A stretch of 64,000 nt of DNA from Vicugna vicugna (GCA_013265495.1 MU057560.1:3160909-3224908); one strand, 5' to 3'. Counted from the first letter of the stretch, positions 1 to 11,320 are shown. Notes: generated from the letters alone by a model not told the origin. A program made the numbers and translations.

Positions 1-1289
1 CAACCGACCCAGCCAGCTTCCCAGGCAGCTTCGTCCCGCGACCCTGTGGCTCTCCCCAGCCCGAGGGACACTTCACCAGCGTGGTCTCGCCCGACCACAC
101 GGCGTGAAGTGATAGCCACCACCTCGCCCAGACGCGCTGTGTGTCGCTGTGCTTCTCCAGGAGGTCGTCACCTTCTGACACAGTAAAGCACCCGCTTCTC
201 TCCTGACTGTGCCCTGTAGAGGATGAACACCGTCCCAGTTCCCGCATCAGCGGGCGGGAGTGCGGTCAGGTGTTACTTTATTCACCTCTCCCTGCCTCAC
301 CCGTGTAGCGCACCTGGACTCTTTAATAAGGAACAACAAAACAGTGAGCCAGATGTCCATTCCCTTTTATGCAATCTAATGACAATACTTGACACTTTGT
401 GCTAAAAATATGTGCATATGAAACAAAATCGCAGTTTCCAATGCATAAGGGAAAAGTGAGTTTTACGAGTACAGGTGGCCAAGAACTTTGTTTTCTTACC
501 TTCGTGAATGTGGTCGAGACAACACAGCTGGTAGCAATTACTGCAGCAAACTGAATACCCGGTTATTTTATTGGCCCGAATTTTGAATACATTTACCCTG
601 GCACCCTTAACAGTCTTGTCCACTGGAGGTCCTGCCCCCCCAGGAGTCAGACGCAATTTTGCCAGCTGGAGTATGTGGACGTTCTGTTTTCTGCCGGTGG
701 AGTTTGCACCCCACAAACTGACAGGTGATGTGCAGGACAGGGGGCCTTCTTTACAGCATCACTTGCCACATATTGGGCTCAATCTGGAACGTCCACCCCA
801 AGGATGCCGGGGTGACAAGCCCCGGGGGGTCTGCTGGCTGGGGGGCAACACACCCTCGGAGGGGACCTGCGGAGCCAGCCTCTAAATCCACAGTCTGTCA
901 GCCGTGCCGGGAGCTTCCAGCACCGACAGCCACTCGAGCTCGCTGGCCCCAGGTGCCCCGTGACCTCCCGCGCTGTTGTCCATCTGCCCACAAAACGGGC
1001 CCCCCACCAAGTCTCCCTTCTCTTCATTCCACTTCTGTGTTCCAGAACATTGTGTTTCTTCTAAGAAAACTTCTCAGACTGAGGGCAGCGGCCTTTCCAC
1101 TGGCTCACACTTCTGTTCGGGAGAGAAAAGCCAACAACCCCTCAGGGTCCGTGTGGCATGTTCCTGGGCTCGGCGCTGGGATGCGTCTCCCAAACCTGCA
1201 CGACTCTCCCCCGAGGTTTCGGCAGCATTTGAGAAAGGACTTGTCCCCCTTTACTTGAATTTCACAGGGAAATAATTTGTACTGTCAGC

Positions 1290-2760
1290 CGGACTCTCCG
1301 CAGAGGCACGTGTGACGTCAGGCCCGGGTTCTAGACAATTCGAGGCTTACTTCCTGGCCTGCGTCCCCGCGCCGAGCACGCTGGGCCAGAGGCCTCGCTC
1401 CCCGAACCTCCCTGTCCCCCCAGCAACGCGCAGGCAGCGTAACGGCCCCTCCCCGCGCGTGCGGCAGGCGGGGCCCGACGACCCGGCCTCCGCGGGAGGG
1501 CCGTGCTGGATCTTCTCCAGTCCCGGGGCGGCACAGGGACTATCCGCCGGCCCGGGGTCCTGCACAGCTACCTGCAAGAATGAGGGAACAGCAGAGGCGT
1601 CAGGAACCTGGGGGGAGAAGAGGATGTCACAGTGGCTCCGTCTCTGGGGCCCTGCGGCGGCCCGCGGCGGCAGGAGGGAGAGGAGCGCACCCCGCTCCGG
1701 TGTCAGCGGCCCCGAGCGCCCTCTCACGGGCCGGCGTCGGCCTGCACCCTCCCGGGCCTCCCCTCAGGTCAGGAGCAGGAGGGGTCCTCACCCGGCCCCC
1801 CCCCAGCTCCCAGCGGCTCCTCCCTGCCCCCCCCCGGGGGCTGGGTCTGTGGTCCCGCACGCACAGGAGCGCTGCTGTGACGACAGGACAGCGTCCACGT
1901 GAGAAGCTCGGGGGAAACACAGTTACAAGCATCGTCTCCTCCCAAACCAGAGCACCTGCCCCCAAAAGCAGGAGAGAAGGAAGCAGAGTACGCGAATCTG
2001 CACCGACCCAGCCCGCGGTGCGCGCTGCGGCGCGGAACCACCGGGAGGCGGTCAGAACGGAAGGAATCGCCGCCTCAGCCACCGGGCTCCGCCCAGCACG
2101 CCTGCTCCCAGGGGAGCACGGCCCGGTCCTCCGGGGACGGGCCGGGCCGGTCCGGTCGGCACCACTGGCCGCGCAGCTCACCCCCAGCCCCAGTCAGCTG
2201 GGGGACCCCCGCGCGAGCTCGTGGCCTCCACGCGAAGGACGCGGAGACCCCGCCCTCACAGCAGGAGGCGGACGCGCATCTGCCCGCGGGCTCCTCCCTC
2301 CCAGGACGGAGACGCCCCCCGCCCCCAGCCCCGTCTCAGAGACGGTTCCAGCCCCGGGAAAGGCGCTCCTGGCTGCAAAGCTGGCCGAAGTCGCAGCTGC
2401 TTCCTCACGGGTCCACGTGGGTCTCAAAGAGAAGGAGCGGAACTGCAATCCCCAGCCTTTCCTTTCAACAGTCCACGTGCTCCGAGCATGTGTTGTCGGG
2501 GAGGTGCGCGGGTTTGGTTTACCTCGAGTGCAGGCGCTGGAACTGAGCCCAGGGCCCCGTGTGTGCCGAGCCCTGAGCTGCGCCCCGCCCGGGACCCCTG
2601 CTCAGAGCCGGAATCCGAGCCCCGACACGACACGCAGGAGCGACTCGCCCGGCTAGGCCCCGCCCCCGGACCACGGGAGCCCGGATGCACCTGCGGCCAG
2701 GTGCGCGCTCGAGCTGGCGCACGGACGCCGGCACCTGCGAGCTTTCCTAAAAGTACAGCG
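1290..2760. promoter_or_regulatory. CpG island / candidate promoter downstream of SNTG2
   Basis: Very high GC and CpG density; GC boxes (e.g. ggccccgcccc near 2656-2666); E-box CACGTG at 1307-1312 abutting CRE TGACGTCA at 1313-1320. Confidence 0.75.
1351..1571 (-). other. Candidate non-coding internal exon (221 nt) inside the CpG island
   Basis: Acceptor cctcattcttgcag|G and donor GAA|gtaagc; no recognisable protein; an upstream donor GAG|gtaaac lies at 2523/2522. Confidence 0.3.
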
Positions 2761-4502
2761 ATCACAGGGGACCCCTCGCGTGTAATTGAAACAAACGCTG
2801 AGAAGGTTTGGGGATGAACTGTGAATCCTCCCACCAAAATTTTCTTTTTTCCAACCAGCTCCCATCCCAGGAGAAGCCAATGCCAGGACAGGTTTCGTTT
2901 TCAAAATGGGGTGATAATTGGGGGCCCTGCCACCCTGTCACGCCCCCCCATCCACACTGCAGGAGCCCGAGGAACACGGCTCAGCGTGCCGTCCACCGGC
3001 CCGCAGCCCTTCTGGGACACCGTGGACGGGGGACAGCCCCAGCCCCCAGGGGCAGACCAGTGGGCACTTGGCTGTTTCTTCCTCATAAGAAAGGACTTCT
3101 GTTGTTTTTTTTTAAAGCTATGCATCTTTCCAAAAAACTATATTAATACAAATATCCAAGTAAACTTTAGTATCAAATCCTCCTGGGAAAGTATTATCCT
3201 CTTCATTATCATCCAGGAAAGGTACTTAATTTAGAACTGCGTTTTCCATGAAAACAAACAAAACGTCTTCACCGTTCCTTCCCTCCTTCAGTGCAGCACT
3301 CCTTCCACTTCTGAGTGCGGCTGGCTCCTTGGTACAAGGGAAGGAAATGAGAACTCACTCACTCAGAGATCAAAGCACCCACGCCACGGAACCTGGAGCT
3401 CAGGACGCCTGTAACTTGCCTTTCCCAGCTGGTGACTGTTTCATACAATCCTAACTCCTACTGCCTTTACTGCCGACGTGAACGGGAAGCTTCGGCTAAA
3501 ACAAGAGGATGCGCCCCTACAGAGAGGAACGTCCCAGGTGCTCTGTGAAGCTACCCGCTTGGAATATTATTTAAAAGTCGCCTTTAATGCTCCGTTCGTG
3601 TTGGTCTTCCACGGAAGTCATGAAAATGTAAGTGAGAATGTCTTAAATAATAAATAACACACATACTATACACAGCATCCTCTAAGAAGGAGGATGTATT
3701 TTCAAACACATAAAAACCACCCATTATAAACATTTGCTATATTATAAATCAAAATAATTGCTTCTTCCCAAACGTCAGGTCAGCAAGGGCGGGAGGGCTT
3801 CAGGGAAGCAGGGACAATCACTGAAGCGTTGTCACCTCCCGGGACATCAGGTGTCAGTGTCACCCCTGAGCCTTCGCACAGACGCTGACGGAGGCAGCCT
3901 CTCCCTCTGCTTTTCGGTCCGAGGCCCCAATTTGCTCCTGTGCTGTCGGCCTGGAGAAACGGGTGCATGACCTCGACTGCTAACTCCGGCCAGTGCTGCT
4001 ACAAGAAAATCCAAAACGGCTCTAACGTCCAGAGCAGAAAGCGGCGTCTTAGACGCGGTGACCTGAGGGATGAGGAAGCAGAGATTCAGGCTCTAGGCCG
4101 TGAGTGAGACAACGCGAGGCAGCATGTAAATGCGCGATTCGGGTACAGCAGCTCCCTGGTGACGACGTGACATCAGACAGGGCTGTGTTCCTCCTCCCAC
4201 AGAGCCTCCTGCTCACCTCTCACCCTCCTCCTCGAGAGAAAGGGCAAGGTAACAAGCAGAATGCAAAGGAAAGCTTCTCATTTCTGGGGAAGATAAACAG
4301 GGGAGCTCCAGGATTTTACGTCGTGTGTTTCATGAAAATGAACTGCGGCTCCCCCCGTGGCGGGTGGAGTGCGTGCTGCTGCACCGCCTGTGCTCCGCGG
4401 GGCGGCGGGCTGGGACCCACTTCGGGGTGAGCTTTCGGCAGCTTCGCTGCACGCCCCGTCAGACTGAACGAGGCTGCGCCGTCTCTGGAAACTAGTGACA
4501 TA

Positions 4503-4508
4503 TTTACT
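4503..4508 (-). terminator. Candidate variant polyadenylation signal AGTAAA for SNTG2
   Basis: About 110 nt 3' of the stop codon; I saw no canonical AATAAA on the minus strand nearby. Confidence 0.35.
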
Positions 4509-4615
4509 GGTGTCACAACTATGGGATCATCATAAAGTCACACAAAGGGGCAACAGTGTGCAGGAAACAGTCCTTTCTGAAGAAAATAATTTTGAGCCCT
4601 CAACAGAAGCACTGG

Positions 4616-4747
4616 TTAAGTGCTGTTCATGTATTTTCTTGCGATGCTCTGACTGTCTATAAATACGGGGTCCAGCGAGGCCACCTTTGCTGCTATGAAG
4701 GCGTGGATGCAATGCAGAACAGCCGTCAGGTCCTGAAACTCGAGTTC
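4616..4747 (-). CDS. SNTG2: SNTG2 terminal coding exon 17 equivalent (132 nt incl. TAA): ELEFQDLTAVLHCIHAFIAAKVASLDPVFIDSQSIARKYMNST*
   Basis: Strong acceptor gtgttttttcttacag|GAA; 35/43 identical to the recalled human C-terminus, with the stop at the same position. Confidence 0.95.
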   Translation of the reverse strand, partial: ELEFQDLTAVLHCIHAFIAAKVASLDPVFIDSQSIARKYMNST

Positions 4748-5949
4748 CTGTAAGAAAAAACACAGTGTGTACGTAAAATGTTAGAAAAACACATTACAAA
4801 AAATTCAACAGATGCTCTGCTCTCTGAATTACAAGCAAGTTACTCAAGTACAAACACCCATGAAATAAGGAAGGTTTTAAGGTGAGGTTAAAATATTTTG
4901 TTAAATTCAGCCACCATTAGAATTGCTTTTGGTATTCCCTGAACATTACAAATTATGAATAAAACAAATATATATTTAAAAAAGCAGCCAACACGATCGA
5001 AGGTGGTAACACCAACAGTGCCGGTATCTGTCTCCTTCCGCTGACAACCTGACGGTTGCTCTGAACCCCTTGTTTTCTGTCACCAGGGTCGGCTAATGCT
5101 CCTGCCCTCTGCTGGGCATCCTGGCTCCGCCTGTGCTTGGTGTCCAGTCACCCGACCAGCAGAGTCAGGGCAGGACTCCAGCCTCCCCTGAGGAAGCTGC
5201 AGAGGTCGGTCCCTGAGGTCCATGGAGAGCAGCCGTCTCCATCACATAGAAGTGCAGGGGCAGGGGCAGGGGCTCCAGAGAATGGAGGTGAGGCCATTCA
5301 CGACGGCGGCTCCACTCAACTGCAGGTTGTCAGTGTAGACGGAACGGCTTCTGTTGGAAGAAGATGCCACCTAGGGCTTTCCTGGCTGCAGAGGAGGAGT
5401 CAGCGCCTGGCAGCACAGCGTCACAGGACAAGCGGCTCTCTTGATGGAGGAAATGTTCACACACCGAGGTACAGGCAAGCCCTTCCGGATCACACGTGGA
5501 TTAACTTCAACTCTGTGCTGACGACAGTGGTCTGCCGTGTGCCCTGTTAACACACACGGCACATCTGATACAACCGTGAAAGAAAAGGGTGCGCTGACCA
5601 GAAGCAGCAAAAAGGACCCATTCTCAGGATGAACGCTGACTGTCTCCCTTCCGGGGACGCCGGGGCTGGCGGTCCCACCACGAGATGGTTCCCTTCCCAG
5701 GCGCCAAGGCCACACTGGCTCGAGGGGCATGTGCTGCTCCGCCTTCCGGCCAACCTGGAAGGAACAGCCCCCGTCCTGGCTGGTGTGTGTTCTTGGTCCT
5801 GACGAGGCGGGAAACTGTGCTGAGAACCACACTTCTCCGGAGCAGCTCCTCAGAACCCCCGAGAGGCTGTCTCTCCAGCTACGGCCTCAGTCTGGCTCGA
5901 GTGAAATCTTTTCTGTTCCTTTCATAGATTGTTTATTGATTGTTTCCAT

Positions 5950-6815
5950 CAGCACTCTTGTCGGGGCCAATGCAGCTGGTGACTTTAAGCTGAAGCCAAC
6001 GCTCCGTTGCCATCAGACCACCCTAGGGCCCTTAAGAAGGGTGCTAAGTCCACACTGCCTGAGCTCTAGCAGAGGGAACACAAAACCTGGATGGCAGCAC
6101 CTCTGTTCACAGCAGGTTTACTGAGTATTTTCCGCCCGCTGTTGAGACCCACTGCGCAGAGGATAAAGACTCCTTTCCAAATGCGACTGCGCACTGACAG
6201 TGGACCCGGCCCCCGGGCCCTGACAGAGACAGGCGGTGAGACTCAGGTTGTTCTCAGACCCGTGGATCGAGGAGTCGTTTTGCCTTCAAAGGCTCATTAT
6301 TTAAGAAATACGTTTTGTAAGGCTGTAGCTGCCACAGGGAGGGGTTCCTCTGATGGATCCGGGCAAAGTCAGCGGAAAACCTGGAAAGGATTCACTGTTT
6401 TCAACACCATGAACACTCACGATTCATGGGGAGAGGAGCTTGGAAGAAGTCGACTCTGGTCCACGTGGGTGACTCTGAGGGCATCCACACTTGCAGAGAG
6501 GAGGTGGCTGCCGGTGCGGTGGAAACAGGACACCCAGAACTGGAGTGGAGCCTGAAGACGTGTGAGCTGCTGCCACCTCAGGACAAAACCCGGACAGGTG
6601 AGGAGCTGCTTCTCACAGGTGAGCCAGGAAAGTGGCTTCCTGAGGTGGTGTGCGCTCCTGGAGGAGATGCTGCGAAGACCGTTGAAATGACAATAAGGGT
6701 TGAGGGTGTGACATAAGCCGAGCTGACGAAGCATCGTGGTTTGAGAGGATGGACTCCGCCTCCAGTGACCACCACCTGATTCGTCCGCAGCCAGCAGCAA
6801 CGGGGGCTGCGTCCA
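5950..6815 (+). mobile_element. Tigger1 (pogo/mariner DNA transposon) remnant, degraded transposase DDE region and C-terminus
   Basis: Fragments in three track ORFs: GANAAGDFKLKP, HYLRNTFCKAVAA..SDGSGQS..WKGFT, EELLLTGEPGKWLPEV..PGGDAAKTVEMT, all matching Tigger1 transposase with frameshifts. Confidence 0.9.
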
Positions 6816-7177
6816 GGGGGCTCAGGCCTGGACGTGCGGGGAGACTGGGCACTGCTGCCCTCGCTCCTCAGGGCGAGGCCACGGGGCTTCACAGGCAGCA
6901 ACCCCGGGCCCAGCCCCAGGGCCCGACGCTGCTGACGGAGCTGAGAGCCATTCGTCCTGGGTCCCCCAAACCTGCGCCCAGAGGGTGTGCAGACTGGGGT
7001 CCCAGCGAGTGGCCCCTGGACTCACTGGCCTCTGTGCTGGCCCTGCCGCCAGGGCTGTGACGGGGCGCGTCCCCGCGGTCCCGCCCAGCTCTGCGCCCCC
7101 AGAGCTCGGACGCTCAGGGCTTGCTCCTGCCGCTGCAGAGGCTCCGATCAGCTCCACGCCTGTCGGTGTGACAGGGC

Positions 7178-7837
7178 GCCTCCCTCCGCACCGCCCCTCC
7201 TCCGGGAACCCCTTTCTCAGCACTGTCCGTTCACATCTGGCCACCGGCTGACTCGCGGTGGCTGAGGAGCAGTCTCCAGGGGAGTTTAACCTCCAGATCG
7301 TCAGAGAGGGGAAATGGCCGCCTCGTTCCTCCCAGTGGCAGCGTCTGCGTCACGCACACTTAAGTGGGCCGTCAGAATCGTGCACGTGCAGGTGCGTACA
7401 CCATCAGGGTTTAAGAGGAGAGAAGGGACAGCTCTGTTTCTGTCCCGGTTTCCTGGAGAACAGATGAGAAACCAGGCTCAGAGCCGTCCCTGGGGGGGCT
7501 GCACTGCGAGTCCCTCACTCTCTGTCAGGCCCTTGGTCAGCTCCATCCTCAGGAGGAACGGGGGCCCTCAGGATGCTCCCCTGAAGATCCTGCCCAGGCC
7601 CGGCCTCCCTCCGCACCGCCCCTCCTCTGGGAACCCCTTTCTCAGCACTGTCCGTCCACATCTGGCCACCGGCCGACTCGCGGTGGCTGAGGAGCAGTCT
7701 CCAGGGGAGTTTAACCTCCAGATCGTCAGAGAGGGGAAATGGCCGCCTCGTTCCTCCCAGTGGCAGCGTCTGCGTCACGCACACTTAAGTGGGCCGTCAG
7801 AATCGTGCACGTGCAGGTGCGTACACCATCAGGGTTT
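7178..7837. repeat. 235-bp direct repeat: copies 7178-7412 and 7603-7837, period 425, 190-bp unique spacer
   Basis: Copies identical apart from three substitutions in the first ~75 bp. Confidence 0.95.
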
Positions 7838-7950
7838 TCATTTGCAAGAGACTTACTAAGTCTGAAGATAAAAAGCTAAAATAGCTGCCCTTTGGTGGCT
7901 CAGTCTAGAAGCAGAAATGAAATCACAAAGAAACATGTAAAATACAAGCG

Positions 7951-8823
7951 AAGCTGGGGGTGGAGGGGACACCATCCCTCCCCGCAGCGAACCCCGGCTT
8001 CCGTCCTTGCACTTCACCTGTACTTCACTTAAACCGCACATCGCCAGTTAGCAGAACAGTAGGAAAGTAAGTCCTTCATTTCATAAAGCTTGTCTTAAAG
8101 TACAAAGAAGATAAAAAATGCTGTGAAGCCGAACCTGCAGCCATCGGCATCATTCTGGGGTCAGCCCCCGCTCCTGGAATGACCCAGGCTCTGTGAGCCG
8201 CGGGTGGCGGGAGTCGCTCCCACCCCATGCTCTGGGCTCTCCCCTGGGGCTCGGGAAGCTCAGCGCTTTCGCTCTCATCCCCACGGCGGCGCTGTGGCTG
8301 CTCGCCCCAGGAAGAGCTTCGGTAAAACATGAAAGATTAATTGCTCCGTGGGTATTACTCCTTTAACTAAAAACTCAGTAAAAGCTGGGGGTGGAGGGGA
8401 CACCATCCCTCCCTGCAGCAAACCCCGGCTTCCATCCTTGCACTTCACCTGTACTTCACTTAAACCGCACATCGCCAGTTAGCAGAACAGTAGGAAAGTA
8501 AGTCCTTCATTTCATAAAGCTTGTCTTAAAGTACAAAGAAGAAAAACAAATATTTTCTATAAAAAATGCTGTGAAGCCGAACCTGCAGCCATCGGCATCA
8601 TTCTGGGGTCAGCCCCCGCTCCTGGACTGACCCAGGCTCTGTGAGCCGTGGGTGGCGGGAGTCGCTCCCACCCCATGCTCTGGGCTCTCTCCTGGGGCTC
8701 GGGAAGCTCAGCGCTTTCGCTCTCATCCCCACGGCGGCGCTGTGGCTGCTCGCCCCAGGAAGAGCTTCGGTAAAACATGAAAGATTAATTGCTCCGTGGG
8801 TATTACTCCTTTAACTAAAAACT
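7951..8823. repeat. Near head-to-tail tandem duplication: copies 7951-8375 and 8382-8823
   Basis: About 425-bp unit; copies differ by a few substitutions and a 17-bp insertion (aaaaacaaatattttct) in the second copy. Confidence 0.95.
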
Positions 8824-9439
8824 AAGTCAACGGAACATAGTTTTCCCCGAAACTCCTGGTTACCTGGCGTGAAGTGCCCTCTCCCTCCAGCCCTGGCAAG
8901 GCTCCGGGTCCCACTTCAGAATCCTGTCCCCAGCTCTCTGTCTGAACCGAGCATTCACTCCAGAAATTCTCACAGATTGAGATTCCCTGACTGGCATTTG
9001 CCATCTCGTAAGTTGTCATAAACACAGAACAGCAGCTGAAAGGCAGTTTCTCAAAACCGCCAAGCGTGTTTCCTTGAGGCTGTGCACAGGCACGCGTCCC
9101 ACTCCGTGGGGCTCACTACTAGGACGTGGGAACTACGTTTGTCCTGCTTCACTCCCACCTGCGAGGCCCTGGGAGGGCCCAGGTGCGGTGCCCCGGCCCT
9201 TGCGTCACCTGTGGCTGGCCGAGACCCTGCCCGCGGGCCCGGGGCAGGCGCGGGTGGGGGGCTGCGGCAGCTCTGGGACCGGGGAGGGAGCTGAGGTGGG
9301 CACGTGTTTAGTCTGGGTCTCCTCGGATGTACGTGCGTCTCGCCCTCACTTCTGTGTGGTTGGGTCGTCGCATTTGCAACTCTGTCTCTATTTCGTCAAG
9401 AGACACCTACACACCACTCAGGCTGCAAGCCTGCAAACC

Positions 9440-9545
9440 CTGTACCCCTCCCTGTGGCTCCACAACTTTCCAGGCCTTTCTCTTTTCCTGAAAATGGAAA
9501 CTGATGCCATCTAAACCAAGGGCCACGAAGAAATTGAGTCCGCTT
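9440..9545 (+). mobile_element. MIR SINE remnant (degraded)
   Basis: ...ttttcctgaaaatggaaactgatgcc... resembles the MIR core motif. Confidence 0.4.
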
Positions 9546-10240
9546 CAACACATATGCCCCCAAATCAACGTCATGTGCAGGAGGGGTGCTGTTACCCACG
9601 ATCGGTGCAAAGTACCAAAGACCAGGTTAAGTCACTCAAGACTCCCTCCCTCTCCGCTGGGCGCAGCCCCAGTCCTGCCCCGGCCAGCACTGCTGGCTGT
9701 GGCTGCCCACCGTGCAGCTCGCGCCCCGACAGCCCCGACGGAGGTTACTGTGGGTTTGATTCTATCCGTCCCCCAAACATTAGGATATTAAGCATTTCTG
9801 CACAATTTCAACTGCACTGCCGAAGTAGGTATGAAGCATTATCTCATTAAACTCAGAAGAGATGTTAACAGTGGACACTGGACATTCAGATACAGCCATG
9901 TCACGTGAGGTGTGTCCTCGGGTTAATTTCATCCGAAAAAGCACACAGAGCTGACCATCTGTTCCAGCAGCAGGTGTCTGCGTTCTCTCATTTTTTCTTT
10001 CTTTTTTTTTCTTTTGTGTAACTGAATTTTTCTTCAGTTTCTTTCGTTTATATTAAAACTGGGTTGTAGACAACACCATTATTCATAAAATATGGAGCAA
10101 ATCAGTACCTGCTAACAGTACAATGACAGCCAATTTGTAAGTTATGGCAGATCCTCGGAATTAACACTACAGACAATTCACCACACATGCAGCTTGTAAA
10201 ACTCTGCCTTTAACTATTGACTTCTTTCTGTTTTCTTTCT

Positions 10241-10323
10241 TTTTAAATGGAGGTCCTGGGATGGAACCCAGGGCCTCCTGTGTGCTAAGCACGCCCCTGA
10301 CTGCTGAGCCGTGCCCCCTCCCC
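10241..10323 (-). mobile_element. tRNA-Ala-derived SINE (camelid-type)
   Basis: Reverse strand reads GGGGAGGGGGCACGGCTCAG..GTGCTTAGCACACAGGAGGCCCTGGGTTCCATCCCAGGACCTCCATTTAAAA, with degenerate A and B boxes. Confidence 0.85.
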
Positions 10324-10499
10324 TTTGTGAGCTGTGCCCCCCTCCTCCTTTCTGAGCTGTGCCCCCCCCTTTATGAGCTGAGCCCCCCTCCCCTTTGTGA
10401 GCTGTGCCCCCCTCCCCTTTGTGAGCTGTGCCTCCCTCCCCTTTGTGAGCTGTGCCTCCCTCCCCTTCGTGAGCTGTGCCCCCTTCCCCTTCGTGAGCT
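10306..10499. repeat. 24-bp minisatellite (GAGCTGTGCCCCCCTCCCCTTTGT)n; 8 full units plus a partial unit, running into the gap
   Basis: Units start at 10306, 10329, 10354, 10375, 10399, 10423, 10447, 10471, 10495. Confidence 0.95.
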
Positions 10500-11080
10500 N
10501 NNNNNNNNNNNNNNNNNNNNNNNNNNNNNNNNNNNNNNNNNNNNNNNNNNNNNNNNNNNNNNNNNNNNNNNNNNNNNNNNNNNNNNNNNNNNNNNNNNNN
10601 NNNNNNNNNNNNNNNNNNNNNNNNNNNNNNNNNNNNNNNNNNNNNNNNNNNNNNNNNNNNNNNNNNNNNNNNNNNNNNNNNNNNNNNNNNNNNNNNNNNN
10701 NNNNNNNNNNNNNNNNNNNNNNNNNNNNNNNNNNNNNNNNNNNNNNNNNNNNNNNNNNNNNNNNNNNNNNNNNNNNNNNNNNNNNNNNNNNNNNNNNNNN
10801 NNNNNNNNNNNNNNNNNNNNNNNNNNNNNNNNNNNNNNNNNNNNNNNNNNNNNNNNNNNNNNNNNNNNNNNNNNNNNNNNNNNNNNNNNNNNNNNNNNNN
10901 NNNNNNNNNNNNNNNNNNNNNNNNNNNNNNNNNNNNNNNNNNNNNNNNNNNNNNNNNNNNNNNNNNNNNNNNNNNNNNNNNNNNNNNNNNNNNNNNNNNN
11001 NNNNNNNNNNNNNNNNNNNNNNNNNNNNNNNNNNNNNNNNNNNNNNNNNNNNNNNNNNNNNNNNNNNNNNNNNNNNNNNT
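10500..11080. other. Assembly gap (581 N)
   Basis: Run of N directly after the minisatellite. Confidence 1.
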
Positions 11081-11320
11081 TAATTTTTAAATACTTGTGA
11101 CTTGGAGTGAAGTCAAATAATGCGTGTCAGTGATCACAACTTTAGGATCAAGCGCCTGTAGCAGGAGGCAGCGTGCGTGCACTCGAGGGACACCCTGCTG
11201 ACTCTGAGCGGGGCTCACACTGGGAGACCAGTCCTCTGTCCCCCGGCCGGGGGAAGGGAACGTCCCCCTCGGGCACGGGGCTTCCCTCGGGCGGGCTGGG
11301 CTCGGGGGCACAAGGCCTAC

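Noticed and set aside
1-1300. TPO coding or first exons
   Set aside because: No frame resembles thyroid peroxidase; TPO is expected only by synteny, outside the window.
1580-2656. 358-aa plus-strand ORF and overlapping long ORFs in the CpG island
   Set aside because: Pro/Ala/Arg/Gly-rich with no recognisable domain; long open frames on both strands are expected at this GC content.
3436-4100. Plus-strand open frames ending at gtaagt (3628) and gtgagt (4100)
   Set aside because: No protein similarity; such donor hexamers are expected dozens of times by chance in 64 kb.
10261-11100. ORFs of 279 and 228 aa with ELCPPPLC-like repeats
   Set aside because: Translation of the SINE, minisatellite and N gap; not a keratin-associated or cysteine-rich protein gene.
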